Source of the DNA: Tricharina praecox
Lineage: Eukaryota
DNA length: 64,000 nucleotides
Assembly: GCF_024521635.1 (NCBI RefSeq)
Contig: NW_026250425.1
Coordinates: forward strand, 496,001 to 560,000
Direction: 5' to 3'
The notes under the pieces were generated by a model that worked only from the letters and a program-made list of their open reading frames with translations, made no database searches and was not told the origin of the DNA. Of the stretch, positions 1 to 13,076 are shown piece by piece. Every line of letters starts with the position of its first letter. The first letter of the stretch is position 1. The position numbers were made by a program, and so were the translations under genes.

Positions 1-3000
1 CCAGGACCATCACCATAATCTTGTTGGTAGCACCGTACGCGATGGCGATGTCTCTGAGTTTGTGGGCTGCTCGCATGAGATCGGCCTTTTCTTTCCTCGC
101 GATGTCGACTGCGGTTTGCACCGAAAGATATTCCCACAGCTCCTTGCTGGCAAGGATCAGCATCTCCTCGTGGCCCTCCAATGGCATCTCCTGAATGTCG
201 GGAGCCGCATTGACAGCTGGCATCAGATGAAAGTACCCAAAGGCACGGGAAGTATCCAAAACATCATTCAGTTTTCCCGTTCGTGACACCCAGCCACCAG
301 CCTCTCGGATACGTTCCAGTTCCGTGGCATTCCCCGAATCATGCTTCTTGGTAAGAACATGGTGCGAGCTATCCGTCCGGGTCAGTACCGCTGTGGCATC
401 ACCCACGTTTGCCACGTAGAGCTTGTTGCTGGCATTGTAGATGACAGTGGCCACCCCTCCGGAATTCAAGTCGATGGGTCCGAGCATCGCTCCACCACCA
501 GTAGAAGGATGTCTGGTTGCACCCTTGTCATCGAGAGGCTGCATGGCCGTTGAGGCTAGCTCCTTGTTGAGGTTCAGGAATGTTCTGCGCAGTGCGGTCG
601 CCGGTGTCTCGTCGCCCTTGAGTTTGTTGAGTTCCTCCTTGAAGAAGAACTCCAGTGACTCGTGTAGGAACTTGGAGATCTTGCTACCTCCTGTCGACAA
701 TGCTTGTCCGTCGAAAAGTCCAACCAGCCACTCATCCCGAGAAGTCCGGAAATCGGGCACCACCATATCGATGAGCGACAGGTGCTCGCTCCGTCCGAGA
801 GAATCAGCCATGCCGTAGGACATCGATCTTATCATGGACCCTGACAGTCGCACTCTGCGGTCTTCCGTTTGATCGGGCGTGTTGCTCATGAGGGTGACAT
901 CCATGAGACCCAGGACGCGAAGCTTCGTCATCTGACTGAAATCCGTAATACTCTTCTCACGCGAAGCTCCCATCTCGCCCCTACTAGGTTTTATTTCCAG
1001 TCGCTTGTTTCCAGACAGGTTGAGGTACTTGAGATCCAAGTTCCAGTTCCTGCGAACCAGTGTTAACAAAGCCTCCAAAAAAACTCAAGAAGGAAAGAAA
1101 GGCGGTTGCATACCAATTCCAATCGTACGGCCAATTGGAGATGTTGTACTTGAGCGCGTTGTTTCCAACATCCAACACCAGCAGCTTGCGTATCTTCCCG
1201 AGCTCCGCGGGCAGTGTTTGGAACTTGTTCCCGTTCAAGTGCAGGACTTTGAGATAAGGAATATGCTCCAGGTCTTCCGCCGGCAAGCTCGTCATCTCGT
1301 TGCCAGAAAGGTACAATTCACTGAGCAATGGCATCCTGCTCAAGGCACGGGGCGGGATGTCGTACAGATCGTTGTACGAAAGGTTGAGAACCCGAAGTTC
1401 GCCGAGCAATGACAATTCCTCAAAGCACTCATCTCCGAGGATGTTGTCTGCCAGATAGAGGTACTTCAAGCTATACACGAAGGTATTGGCCAGCTTGCCC
1501 GACGACGAAGAGTCCTTCCTGGAGGCAACCGTCGGGGCGATCGTCATCGTATCGGAGCTTGCCCTGGAAATGACGGAGGCTTTCCTGCCACTCTGGCCGT
1601 AGATGCTCGGCGAGTTCTTGACTCCATTCGGTGGCGCGGGCAGGTTGGCAGCCGTCAACAAGCCTCCAGACTGCTGTGATGGTCTGCGATCCGCGGTTTC
1701 TGGCCTTTCGAGTGCGTCTGCCGCCGCTTCGTTGGGATTCTCCGGAATACTCTTCTCCTTGACGGTATTCTCACTGAAAGTTGTGCCAAAGGCCGGGCCT
1801 GCGACTGGTTGGGGGAAGGTCTTGATGATGTTGGAAGAAAGATTCAACGTGATCAGACTGGCCATCTGCCAAATCTCTCCGGGAAGCGTCTTGATGTTGT
1901 TGTAATGCAGATCGAGATACTTGAGTTCCGATAGCTGGCCGATCTCCTTCGGTATCGTGGCCAACTCGTTCCTACTGCAGCTCAGATGCTCGAGCTTGCG
2001 CAGTTTTGCGATCTGGGGAGGAATGGAGACGATGTGGTTCTTATCCAGGTACAACTTCTCCAGATTCGGCAGCTTGTCGAACAGTGTCTCGTTGATAGCT
2101 GCAATCTTTGCGTTCGACAGGTTCAGGAACTTCAGTGTTGGTAGAATCGTTGTCAGACTGAACTGAGTGACGGGATTGGAGTTAAGGTGCAATGCACGGA
2201 GCTTATGGAACGACTGCTGAAATCCGGAGACACGGTTATGCGAGACCACGATGGCTTCCAGTCTCGGCAACTCGGACACCACATCAATGTTTTGCAGCTC
2301 GTAGTTGAAGCGCAGGTCCAGTTCCTTCAACGATCCGAGATTTGAAAACGTCGGTGGCAGAGAGCCGGTGAGGCGGTTGTTCGCGGCGATGAGCCGTTCC
2401 AGCGCGGAAAGCTGGCCGATCTCGAGGGGGAAGCTCGTGATTCCGTTGAATGAGATATCCAGTTCGACCAGGGTTACTAGATCACATATGAACGCCGGGA
2501 ATACGGTCAGTCGGTTCGACGAAACGTGGAGATTGCGTAAACTTTTGAACTGCCCAAACGACTGAGGTAACGATGATAGGCGATTACAGGACATCTTCAG
2601 CGCCACCAAGGCAATATGGTCCTCCAAAGCAGCATGTTCCAGTTCCTCCAGGCGGTTGGTCGAAATATCAAGATACGTCAGTCTCGATGCGGACGAGATG
2701 CTTCCGGGCAACCGTTCGGCCTCGTTCCCAGTGAACTCGATCTTGCGGAGGTTGACACACTGCTGAATGAAATCCTTGGGGATATTAAGCGAGAGATTGC
2801 GCGACAGGTTTAGGGAGATAATCTCGGACGCCTTGTGGTAGAGAGTGATGGGAATAGTGAGCAGGTTTCTTCCTTGAAGGTCTACGTGACTGAATTTTTG
2901 GACTTTATTTAGACCTGAATCTTGATCCTGATAACATCGCAAATCCAACCGTTAGTTTTCTTCTTTCTTTTCTCTTCCCGCCGATTGCGCCATGAACCAA

Positions 3001-5320
3001 AAAGAAGTGACATACCAAGGAATATGAACCGGTTCGAGCCATCATGAAGGTGAACCGAACCAGATAGCCATGGTCTTCACGGCCAATCTCATCCAAATGG
3101 TCCTCTTCCGTGTATCCCACCTGCTCCAGCAGCCGTTTTTGGATTTTAAGTGGTCGTTCGTTGGGTCCAAGGATCCGGAGAAGACCATTCTTCCTCATAA
3201 CGATCTGGTAATTAGCCAGGTTGTCCTGCAAAAACGATTTACGTCCGAGGAGACCGAGGACTTCCGTCACCGACGCCTGCACCTTGCAGGAGAGGGTCGC
3301 GAACGTGGAATCCGCACGGAAAACTCGTATGCAATACTGGGAATCTTCGGGGCCGGATTCGTTTTCTTCCTCCGCCTCGGACGCCTCGGCCGAGGGTGGT
3401 GCTACACCCTGGGTCGCCCAACTTTCCGGTGGCTCCCACGTGGCATTGTCCACGTGCGGTTGAGTTTCGGTATTGTCGAGCCACGAGGAGTTGGGATCGG
3501 GGGCCGGTGCCGCACGATTCACGAACTGATCGATATCCGAAAAGTCGGTGTCTATCCGGAAAGGGGTCTCTTCTTCCTGTCCGCCCTTGCCCCGCCCCCC
3601 CTTGCGCCCGGCAACCTGTTCCTTCTTTCCCTCCTTCCTCCCGTCCTGTTTGGTGGCTGTTTTGATCTGTTCCACCGACGCATAATCCATCAGACGAGGT
3701 GTTATGTATTCGTTGTGTCCACCGGATCCCCTCTTCATCGCAGCAGGCGAGGAGGTGAATGTGTTGAGCGCCGGTTCAGATGCCTTCGCACGCAACCGCG
3801 GCCCACGGCTCGAAGCACCACCATCGAAATTCTTCTCGCTCTCGTAAACCTTGTCCTTATCCTTCTTGATCAGTTTGTCGATCTTATTCCGCAGGAATCC
3901 CTTCGTCTTCGCGTTGACCTCTCCTCCCGGTGACCTGGGAGGGTTTCCGGATAGGGTACTAGCCATGGATGGCGTCGGGGAGCCCGAGCGGATGAGCCGC
4001 GTCTGGGATGAATGCGAGGATGCTGTTCCATCGAGATGAAGCTTAAGCCCTCGACGGTAATCTCCAAACACCGAATCCCTGCCGCTTCCCGGTCGTGGGG
4101 GTAGCTCCTTCTCCTTCTCCTTCTCCTTCTCGGCCTGCTTGTCGCGATTCTTATTCCTGCCACGTAGATGTAGTCCTCTGTGCGTATGTGACGACGACGT
4201 TGAAGCCGACGCATCTTCCGGATCGTACCTTTTGTCCGAGATGGGGATATCGTGAACCGGAGCATCGCCTATCCGCCGGATGTCCTAACGCTATACATCA
4301 GCGGTCCGAACGCCACACAGGACGAAAGAGCTCCAAAACAAACCCACCGCTGGATCTTGATAGAGAAACGGAACGACATCCGAAGAAGGCACTGGTGTCC
4401 GTGGCCTGGATATCGTCGGTGTGACCGGCCTTGTGAAAACATGCTGCGACCGAGGAGTAACGTTTGGTGGTAACGACGATTCGGACGAGCCTGGACTCTC
4501 TCCTGTAGCATCATCCCCTCCGAAGATCTTCTTGTAGATAGAACGCCCCATCGATGACTTTGACCCGTTTGAAGAAGCATTCGTCACCACCGAAGCAACC
4601 GACGGTCTGCGCGTTTCATCGGGAAAATAGCTATCCGACGGGCCCACGGAGGGCGCCGTGCCTGGCCGCAGAAGGGGCGACAAAGCAAACGGCTCTTGGC
4701 TGTTGTCGAAGATGTTGCTGTTCAAGTTGGGTGTGCCACTTAGGGGATGATGCCCGGTTATCGGTGACGGGGACGCGGACGGCGGATTCTGACGCATTAT
4801 GAATTGAGGATTCTGCAGGACAGCAAGCTCTCTTCGGTGGTCGCTGAAGTTGGACGACGCGGACGCTTTCGGCGACGACAATGGAGGGGATTGCGAGTAC
4901 GCCCCATGCGATCCAGGAGATATATTGTGATCTCTATCGAACCTCCCGTTACTGCTGCCACTGGATGGGAGATCGACCAGGTCAGCCATGACAGTCTTTC
5001 AGTGCGCCAGTTTGATTATCGAGGCCAGGGAGAAGAAGAAGAAACTACGAGAAAGTCCCAAACAAGCGATGCGTTTTAGGTGGAGGGGGATGGGTGGAGG
5101 GGGAGATGGTGGTGGAGGGGGGGATTTAGGTCGCGATGCAAAACAAAGCACACACTCACTTGCGCGGTCTTGGGGGAACGTTGATGGGATTCCTCCCAGC
5201 ACTTCCGGGAGACGACGGCGTAGGAATTACGGGGTCGGAAGCGAAGCGTGCCGCACTCATCGAGTGGTAGGAAGTGGCAGAGTTTGTCCGCTGTCGCTCA
5301 AGGCGTTCCTGTCGCGTCAT
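1..5320 (-). CDS. cyr1: Fungal adenylate cyclase, 3'-partial (G-alpha-binding region, Ras-association domain, LRRs, PP2C-like domain; catalytic domain lies left of the window). Exons 5320-5160, 4960-4348, 4284-3016, 2927-1114, 1049-<1
   Basis: Motifs VPSSDVVPFLYQ..DIRRIGDAPV, RA domain YCIRVFRADSTFATLS, long LRR tract, [34 protein letters not shown] across intron 4, PP2C start SYGMADSLGRSEHLSLIDMVVPDF. Four phase-compatible GT..AG introns (199, 63, 88, 64 nt). ATG at 5320 in AAACC-ATG context. Confidence 0.96.
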
Positions 5321-6396
5321 GGTTTGGGATCGAAGGTTTTTGGAATGGGAGGCGGGTTCGGTTCGGTATAGTTAAGTGATATCTTTCGGCTGACGCAGAG
5401 TTCGTCGGCAAGACCGCGATACACTACCACGCCATCGCAAGTCAAAGGGTAGGTTATAGTGACGAGTTCGAGGAACTCGTAAAGCGGGCTGGAAGGGAGT
5501 GTAGTTTTTTGTGGGGGGGTTAGGCTGTAAGATGTTTTGGCTGTAAGATGTTTTTGGCTGCAGAGGTGGAAGCGGGACTGGGGCTGGGGCTGGAACTAGG
5601 ACTGGGTTGTGGGCGGCGGGCGGCGAGGGGCGGCAACGGGGGCTTTTGCTGGGGGGTGGTAGTAGTGGTGGTATTGGTGGAGGTATTGGTGGTGTATGGT
5701 AGGCTGTTGGTTCTTGAGCGAACAGATCTGGAGACAGCAGGAGACTGGGGGTGGGGGGAGAGAGGGGCAATTGGGAGTTGAGAGCGGTGAACGTGAAGCA
5801 AAGACAAGACAGGCCCCGTCTGGCAGGGTAGGTATGTAGCGTAGGGTAGGTGTAGGTTAGGCTACAGATGAGGCGAGAAAGCGGTGGATCAGCGATGGGG
5901 GGTGGGCGGGGGGGCGGGGGGGGTGGTGGACCGGGGAGGAGGGGTGGTTGCTTTGAGCGTGTGGGTTATAGTTTTTTGGTTGGCGGCAGCGGCGAATATA
6001 TGCGGGAGCAGTGGGAGTGGGGAGGCGGGGGTGGTTTGAGTGTGCGCAAGAGTGTGGTTACAGCATGGGGGGTGGTTGTGTGAGAGGTGTGGGGCCTCCT
6101 TGTAAAGGAAGTCCATAAGAAAGGTAGATACTCTACTTGCATGGACTCTGGGTAACAAGCCTGGAGAAGTTAGGGATCCATCCTGATGGTTTTCGTTCGA
6201 ATAGTGAACGTGATATCTACATGAGATAGGTGCCAATGTGTGGGTATTATCAACAACCACAAATACTAATGCTAGATGGACACAGGCTTCACGATCGAGA
6301 GCACACGGACTTTTCGGCGGTCAAGGCATCGTGCGTACCTAATGTATGTACATAGGGCACTTGAGCGGGCGATTGCGCCAGTCGGCGGAAGAAGAC

Positions 6397-6475
6397 GGAG
6401 AAGGAGAAGAAGGAGAAGAAGGAGAAGAAGGAGAAGAAGGAGAAGAAGGAGAAGAAGGAGAAGGAGAAGGGGAGG
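6397..6475. repeat. Purine-only microsatellite, (AAGGAGAAG)n
   Basis: About six tandem 9-mers within an uninterrupted A/G run; the source of the spurious poly-Arg and poly-Leu ORFs. Confidence 0.9.
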
Positions 6476-8214
6476 TAGCCGGCTACGAGTGGATATAAAG
6501 ACCATGGAGTGTACTGCTTACTAGTACAGTACTTGATACATACTTCTTACTGGCAGGGCTGTTGATTCTTGTCGGCCGGCCCAAGAAAGATCCATCTCGG
6601 AGCAACACCTCCTGTGCCCCTCCCGTCATCTGCTCTCCCTCTCCCCTCCATCGTCTCCTTCCTTGAGGTGTCGCGGCGTGTGAGGATCCCCCGGAGAGTC
6701 GAGACATCGACCTAACTATGTCCATACCGTCAGGCTGGCTGCGGAGTCACCATGTACCTACCTAACATATGTAGGAAGTATGTACCATACGTCTTGTCAG
6801 ATGGCAGCGCTGCAAACACTATGCATGGGAATCGCAGCCGAGGAGAGGAGAGGAGAGGAGGCCATCGACTTTTTTTCAGACCTGAGACACATCAATATGT
6901 GTCCGGATTACGGACTGCCCGGATTCGAACACGACGGGAGCCTATGTACGGCCAAGATCTGGCTACTCTAGTTTGGAGGCCTGGGACTTGTGGGGATTGA
7001 GGAGGGACGAGAGGACGACACCGACGACGGAGACTTGCGCCGGCTATGTATGGTACAATGAAACTCTTGGTACCCCAGCCCCGAGCCTGTGGCAGACTGC
7101 AGTGTGGCTCGTTCGTGCAGAGTAGCGATCCATGATCGAGCAAGCGATTATTGGCCATCCGGATTCCGGAAGCACCAGTCGAGGTTCACAGATAAACGAA
7201 ATACCGAGGAACCTCAGAAACTGTGTACTTCGAGAGACACGGAAACGGACAGAACCGAGACTCTGGAGTATCTACATACTGCTTGCGATTGTCCGACGAA
7301 ATGAGTCAAGAAAGAAGCTCTCCGAAAGCTGCGGACAAACACGATCAACGAGCGTCATGTTGGCTCGTGAGTCGTGAGGTACCTAGGCACGGCCAATTGC
7401 TCGCCATCGCACCCAACACAGCAGTAGGTAGTTGGGGGGAACGGCGTCCATTCGCCTGTGAACGCCAATTTGTCCGATTCAACCACCCACTCGTTGGCGC
7501 ATCCCTTCGCCCCCATCGCCGTCTGTTCATAGGGCTCCGCATCAAGATGCCGCCCGAGGCGATGGCAGTCGGGTGCACCGACTGACTGGTTCTCGCATCT
7601 TCGCTCGGGCTTTAGGCAGTAGCTTAGTCGGACAAAAGCTTTTTCCAGATATCGTATGAGGCTGGATCATGATTCATGGGTGGCTCGGGCGTTCTCTCGT
7701 ATTCACTGCTTGCGGGTACCAACTAGAAGGTATTGACTAGTACTTCAGCAATGCTCTGCGCCGTGATAGCCGTGAGCATGAGCATGAGCATGAGCATGAA
7801 CTTTCCGCGGCCATGTTTGGACCTTGGTTTATGCTGACACCGAGCAACTCGGCAGCACTGGCAATCGACCGCACCATCGAAGTCAATCCTGCGAAGCCAA
7901 TCAAGCTCAGCCGATGACCGCCATCCGCGCAGCGAAAAACATCGTCGATCCGGTTCCTAACTTCCTTTTGGCACCGGTAGATCCGCACCGCACCTGATGC
8001 ATTCTCAAACTTCGCCAGGACACGCTCGCGTTCAAGGTCCGAACTCCGAAGAGAAACGGAATCGGTTTGCTCGGGTTGCTCGGTTTGCTCGCTTAAACCC
8101 GCCCCGCCCCCGCCCCCCCGCCCCCCCGCTCCCCACTCTTTCTACCCTTAAGCTTCCGAATCCCCGCATAACTCCACAAGGCAATGAGGCAATGAACCTT
8201 GCACATCATCGTCG

Positions 8215-8372
8215 GCACACTCGGCTGTTCATGAATCATCACACCCAGCCGTTCACGAATCGTCACACCCCGCTGTTCGTGGTTCGTGAATCACCGCACT
8301 CAGCCGTTCATGAATCATCACCCTGAGTCCCTGACACCCTGACATCCTCAGCTGTTCATGAATCATCACACG
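8215..8372. repeat. Degenerate tandem repeat, core GTTCA(T/C)GAATC(A/G)TCAC, about five copies
   Basis: Copies near 8227, 8251, 8282, 8306 and 8354; an inverted partial copy near 8572-8587. Confidence 0.75.
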
Positions 8373-8479
8373 CGTCGTGATTTGTATTCCAATCCCCGCG
8401 TGCAAACAAGGAAACTTCAAGCAAGGCGTTTCTGCATCTATTTCCGGGTATCCCAACTTCAATGACGACTGATCATTGC

Positions 8480-8532
8480 GGTGAGTGTGTGCATTGTGAG
8501 TGTGCATTGTGAGTGTGCATTGTGAGTGTGCA
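8480..8532. repeat. 13-bp tandem repeat (TGTGAGTGTGCAT), about four copies
   Basis: gtgagtgtgtgcatt gtgagtgtgcatt gtgagtgtgcatt gtgagtgtgcat read directly. Confidence 0.85.
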
Positions 8533-8675
8533 TAGTATCCATGGTACCACAGGTCCACAGCAGCGTACTCCGCGTGATTCGTGAAGAAAAAAGACATCTG
8601 AAAATGCGAAAGACGATATGATTATGGCCTCCAGCTTCCAGGCTCCCGCCCGTGTACTATGTACTTAAGAAAGTA

Positions 8676-8846
8676 CTGTATAGTGAAGGGGAGGGTAAAA
8701 AATACGCTTTGTGACCATGCCGATACGGAAAAAAGCGTATCGATACGGTGAAAATACGTATTTTGACCGTATTTATACGCTATTTGACCGTCCCGAGACG
8801 CCAAAAAGCGTATTTTTTTACCCCCCCTCCCCCCTTCACTATACAG
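8676..8846. mobile_element. Non-autonomous foldback MITE, TA-flanked (Tc1/mariner-type target site)
   Basis: Left end CTGTATAGTGAAGGGGAGGGTAAAAAATACGCTTT matches the reverse complement of the right end apart from homopolymer lengths. TA at 8674-8675 and 8847-8848. Near-perfect internal palindrome centred at 8757/8758. No coding capacity. Confidence 0.8.
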
Positions 8847-9837
8847 TAGGTACGTTCATGCTCCAACTTGGTAAGCCTAGCCTGGAGGCTGTGGGGAGGT
8901 CCCGAGAGATCTCAGATGGGCGGTGACAGTGAGCTTGCTGCGTGCGGGCTTTGGTTCCGAGACTCGCGCGGACGGAGGGAGGGTGGGGAATTTGCTTCTT
9001 CTTCCCGAGGAGGAGTGTGTAGGAGGGGTAGGAGGAGGAGTAGGAGGAAGTGGATGCGGAGGAGGAGGAGGAGGAGAACGAGAGGGGATGGATCGGTTAG
9101 TGAGATCCGATCTGGCTGCTGGGTGGTGGGTGGGTGGTGTCAAGATGTGCTCCCCACTTAACGTATGTACGTACATACTCTACAGACATACATGGTGGAC
9201 ACTGGGCTTCCATGTGCCTGAATACCATGTATGCATGCATGCATGCCCTGCCTGTCTGCTTGCCTGCCTGCCTGCCTGGGCATCTTCGGAGTACATGCTT
9301 GCCGGTCGGTGTTCACTGTGTGCAGTGTGCACAGGAAGGAAGAGGATTGGAACATCCGTTCTCCTCTCGAGTCTCATCGTTTACCAGAGCCTCCGAGTGA
9401 GCATAAGCTGACTGGATGAAATTTCAACACGCTTCAGCAGCGGGGGAGTCTTGAGCCGGGTCCTCTACTCCCTCCACCGGATGATGGATCCTGCATTCCC
9501 CGCACCGTCAACGAATCGAACCGCACAACCGATTCCCGGCTCGATGGTAGTTGTAATTCGCCATGCCTACTAGTAGGTAGGTGCATCCGTAGGCACTCAC
9601 TCGTGCACGAGTGAGTGCATGTAGACACTCGAGGCGACGACGGAAACCGTATGTACCTGCAAGGCTGCAAGCCCATAACCAACGCCTGTCAACGTGTATA
9701 TATCTTACGCTCCGCTTCTGGTTCGATTTCTGGCAGATTTTCTTTGCTTTTCTTTTCTCTCGGCTCGGCTGGGGACTTAACCGCGAGGATGGTGGTTTCA
9801 CCATCAGTGATCACCACCACCACCGCCTGCTCATATA

Positions 9838-9861
9838 TCTTCTTCTTCTTCTTCTTCTTCT
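9838..9861. repeat. (CTT)n microsatellite
   Basis: About seven tandem CTT units. Confidence 0.85.
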
Positions 9862-11813
9862 GTAGCACTTTGGGTTTTGAGTTTTGAATCCATGCTTCAG
9901 CGAGGAAAAGGAAATGAAACGAAAAGCCGTATAATGTATCTTCTTTACAGGAATTCGAACCCGCCAAAACGAGTGCTCGAGGATTTCCATAGCGGTAGTC
10001 AATATTACATACCAAAAATCATGGCTTCGGACACAATACGGTAGGTATTCTCTCTAGATTACGGTCGAAAGCAAATTTTATTCCACCACAGGGGGGTTAG
10101 CCAGTGGGTTTGCCAGTGGGATTTGCCAGTACCGGTAGCTGTATTGTGGTTGCCCAGTGCCCACTGATATCGTCGAGAGTCGAGACCGGATGGATAAGCT
10201 TAACTAGTAGTCTAGTAGGATGTATCAACCTTCTTTCTACGTTCCAAAATTAGGCCGATCGCCGGAGATTGGATTGTTATTACCTAGTAGTAGTCTGTAG
10301 AGAAGGCGGGGCCGCGGAGGTATGGTGGCCAACTATCCTCCACGGGAGCATCTTGCGCATATCCCGGTCCCGGTTCTAGATGCACCATTTTCGAGGGCCG
10401 ACTCCCGAGGTATAGGTAGCCGGCGTCAAAAGGGACGGGCGAAGACCTGAACCTCGGTCTTAACAGACTTAAAGAGTACCGTACCGGCTGGATCAGTGGA
10501 TCAAAGTATGCATAAGATGGGTGTAGGTAGTTGGAGGTGTCTCACAAGTGATAAGACCTACATATAGATAAGCATATACTAGTGGTGTACTTCTGCCTGA
10601 AGATATCTACCCAACCAACAGTGTTACCGCCCGTTTGAAGTTTCTAGTGACCGTCGATCTTGCTGCCTACATAGGTACTCTATGTCTCCGCGAGATCCGC
10701 GATTGCCCCACACGTTCATGAGAGACAGTGACCGTCCGAACTTGCTGGCGCCGCGGCATCGAGCTTATTGGCGCCGGTGGAGACGGTGAGACGGCGAGTC
10801 GGCGACCCGGACTCCGGACGGACGCTGACACCAACACCTTGGCTACTAGGTATAGCACCGATGCTGATGCTGTGGAGGAGGGTTTGACGAAGTATGGATA
10901 CCTATGTCTCGGCGAAATCCGATCGGGCAGTGCTCAATGAGTACTTGCCTAGGTATTCACTGAACGTTCGGATTCGTCTGTACCCTGTATTTTCTGTTGG
11001 TATACCATACGGTATCCCATAGGTATACGCAGTCCTTGGTATTGATTCCTATATCCGGCAGATGATCACTGACCAGTGATTGCCGTTGGCGTGGATGGAA
11101 CTTTTGGCGGGCGAAGGGTAGTTGCCGTACTATTACCTTAGTTACAGTATACAGCATACAACATATTTCCAGAGATATCTCCATCCAGCCAACCATCCAC
11201 GGAGTCATGGAGTCATCAATCGAAGCCAGAAATTCATCCACCTCCACATCCGCCAATTCCCTGTCTTCGCTGTATTTTGGTACCAAAGTCCCCGTCGGGA
11301 TCTACAACAGGGATGCTGGGCCGGTACCGATGTCTGGCGGAAATCTCCCCTGGAACAACTCACAACTTGCAAGCCTATGGGGAGAAAGGGAAACATGGGG
11401 GATTTGTTTATTGCAATCAAAGTGCATGTGTACCCTGCCCAATGCTCATGGCTCGGTGGTAATTCGGGTCAGTATACTTGGGTATTCGGCCTTGACATCT
11501 GAAGATTTGCCCTTGGTATACGGTGGTACCGGTATATGTAGGAGATTGCCATGGTGTGTGCTGGGGGCATATATTGAAGCTGATGCTCTGAAGCTCTAAA
11601 CGGAATTCATTTCTATGTACTTACGCTAATGGATAATCGAGGACTAATAGTTTATCCCCAAGTGCAACGGTTGCTAACTTCGTCAGGTTTTAGTCCCACC
11701 GATGGATGAGCCCAAACTGTCGTCATAATTGCGTATACAGCATCACCAAATCTCAATATCAACAGCCGTTTCGGGCCCCCGAAACCTGAAACACTCCAAA
11801 CATCTGGCCCGCC

Positions 11814-13076
11814 ATGTCGACTCCCAAATTCCGCCTCGCCCTAGATCCCAACTCACGGGTGCCCCCTCTGCGCAATCTCTCACACCACGCTCCATCGACG
11901 CTCCCACCTCCCAAGAGCTTACAATCCGCCACTCCGTCCTCGCACAACACCGCCACCCTCACCTTCATCGGCACCGCCACGACAATCCTAGAATGGAGCG
12001 GTCTCCGTGTGCTCACCGATCCAAACTTCCTTCACGCGGGGGACCACGTGCACTTGGGTCCGGGTGTGACCGCGACGCGAGTGACCGATCCTGCGGTCCC
12101 TCTCGACAAGCTGCCGCCGGTAGACGTGATCCTCCTCTCGCACTACCACGAAGACCACTTCGACCGCAAGGTTGAGGAGGAGCTGCATAGGGATATACCC
12201 ATCGTCACTACGCCGCATGCCCACGCGCATCTCGCGCATAAGCCTGATGCCGAGAGCTTTACGGCAGTGTATCCGCTGGATCCCTTCGAGTGCGGCGTTA
12301 TTCCGATCCTCGGCGGGGCGGGTAGTAATAAACCGGCTATCAGGGTCACCGCCATGCCAGGGAAACATGTGCCGCCCGGCCCGGCACATATCCTCGACAA
12401 GGTCAATGACCTGCTGGGCGCCGTGCCGCCAACGAACGGGTGGATGCTGGAGCTGGGACACGAGTACGATGCCGCGTGGAGCTGTGACTATCGCATCTAT
12501 ATCTCCGGTGATACGCTGCTGGTCGACGAGCTCAGGGAGATACCGGAGCGGTATAAAGACCAGCGTATCGATCTGATGCTCGTGCACTTGGGTACGCCCC
12601 TCCCCTCCCTCCATCCCGCCCCCACTCCCCGCCCCCCGCTGACCGTATGTGCGTGTGTACGTATAGGCGGCACCACAATCCCCGGCCCCAACCTCCCACT
12701 GCTAATGGTGACCATGGACGCCGCACAGGGAATAGAGCTGATGCGGCTGATCCACCCTGAGATCACGATTCCAATCCACTACGAGTGCGTCTCTCCCCCT
12801 CACGTCCCTCCCTCTGTTCCTCCCCTCCCCCTCTGCCCCCCCTCCAGCCCGCACTAACCAAAAAACAGCGACTACGACGTCTTCCTCTCGCCACTGTCGG
12901 ACTTTAAGGCCGCCGTCACCGCCGCCGGCCTCGACGAGAAGGTCGTGTACCTGGACCGCGGGGATGCGTTCGGTTTCGAGGTGAAAGTCGGCGGTGGCAG
13001 CGGCGGGAGCGGGGGCGGCGACGACGGGTATCCCCCCTACCTGCCTGACGCGGCCGGCGTAGGGCTGAGTGCGTGA
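11814..13076 (+). CDS. Metallo-beta-lactamase-fold metallohydrolase (UlaG/NAPE-PLD-like), 367 aa. Exons 11814-12591, 12667-12784, 12869-13076
   Basis: LTFIGTATTILE, LTDPNF, metal motif SHYHEDHFD (HxHxDH), IYISGDT, spliced HLGGT and IPIHYDDY. Two GT..AG introns with GCTGAC/ACTAAC branch sites. Confidence 0.9.

Noticed and set aside
6272..6524. Poly-Leu and poly-Arg ORFs
   Set aside because: Translations of the purine microsatellite.
9935..10020. B-box/T-loop-like GCGGGTTCGAATTCC on the minus strand as a tRNA
   Set aside because: I could not build an acceptor stem, D-arm or anticodon arm; tRNAscan-SE would settle it.
10957..11599. Cluster of 100-130 aa ORFs as a gene or relic
   Set aside because: No recognisable motif and no consistent splice model.
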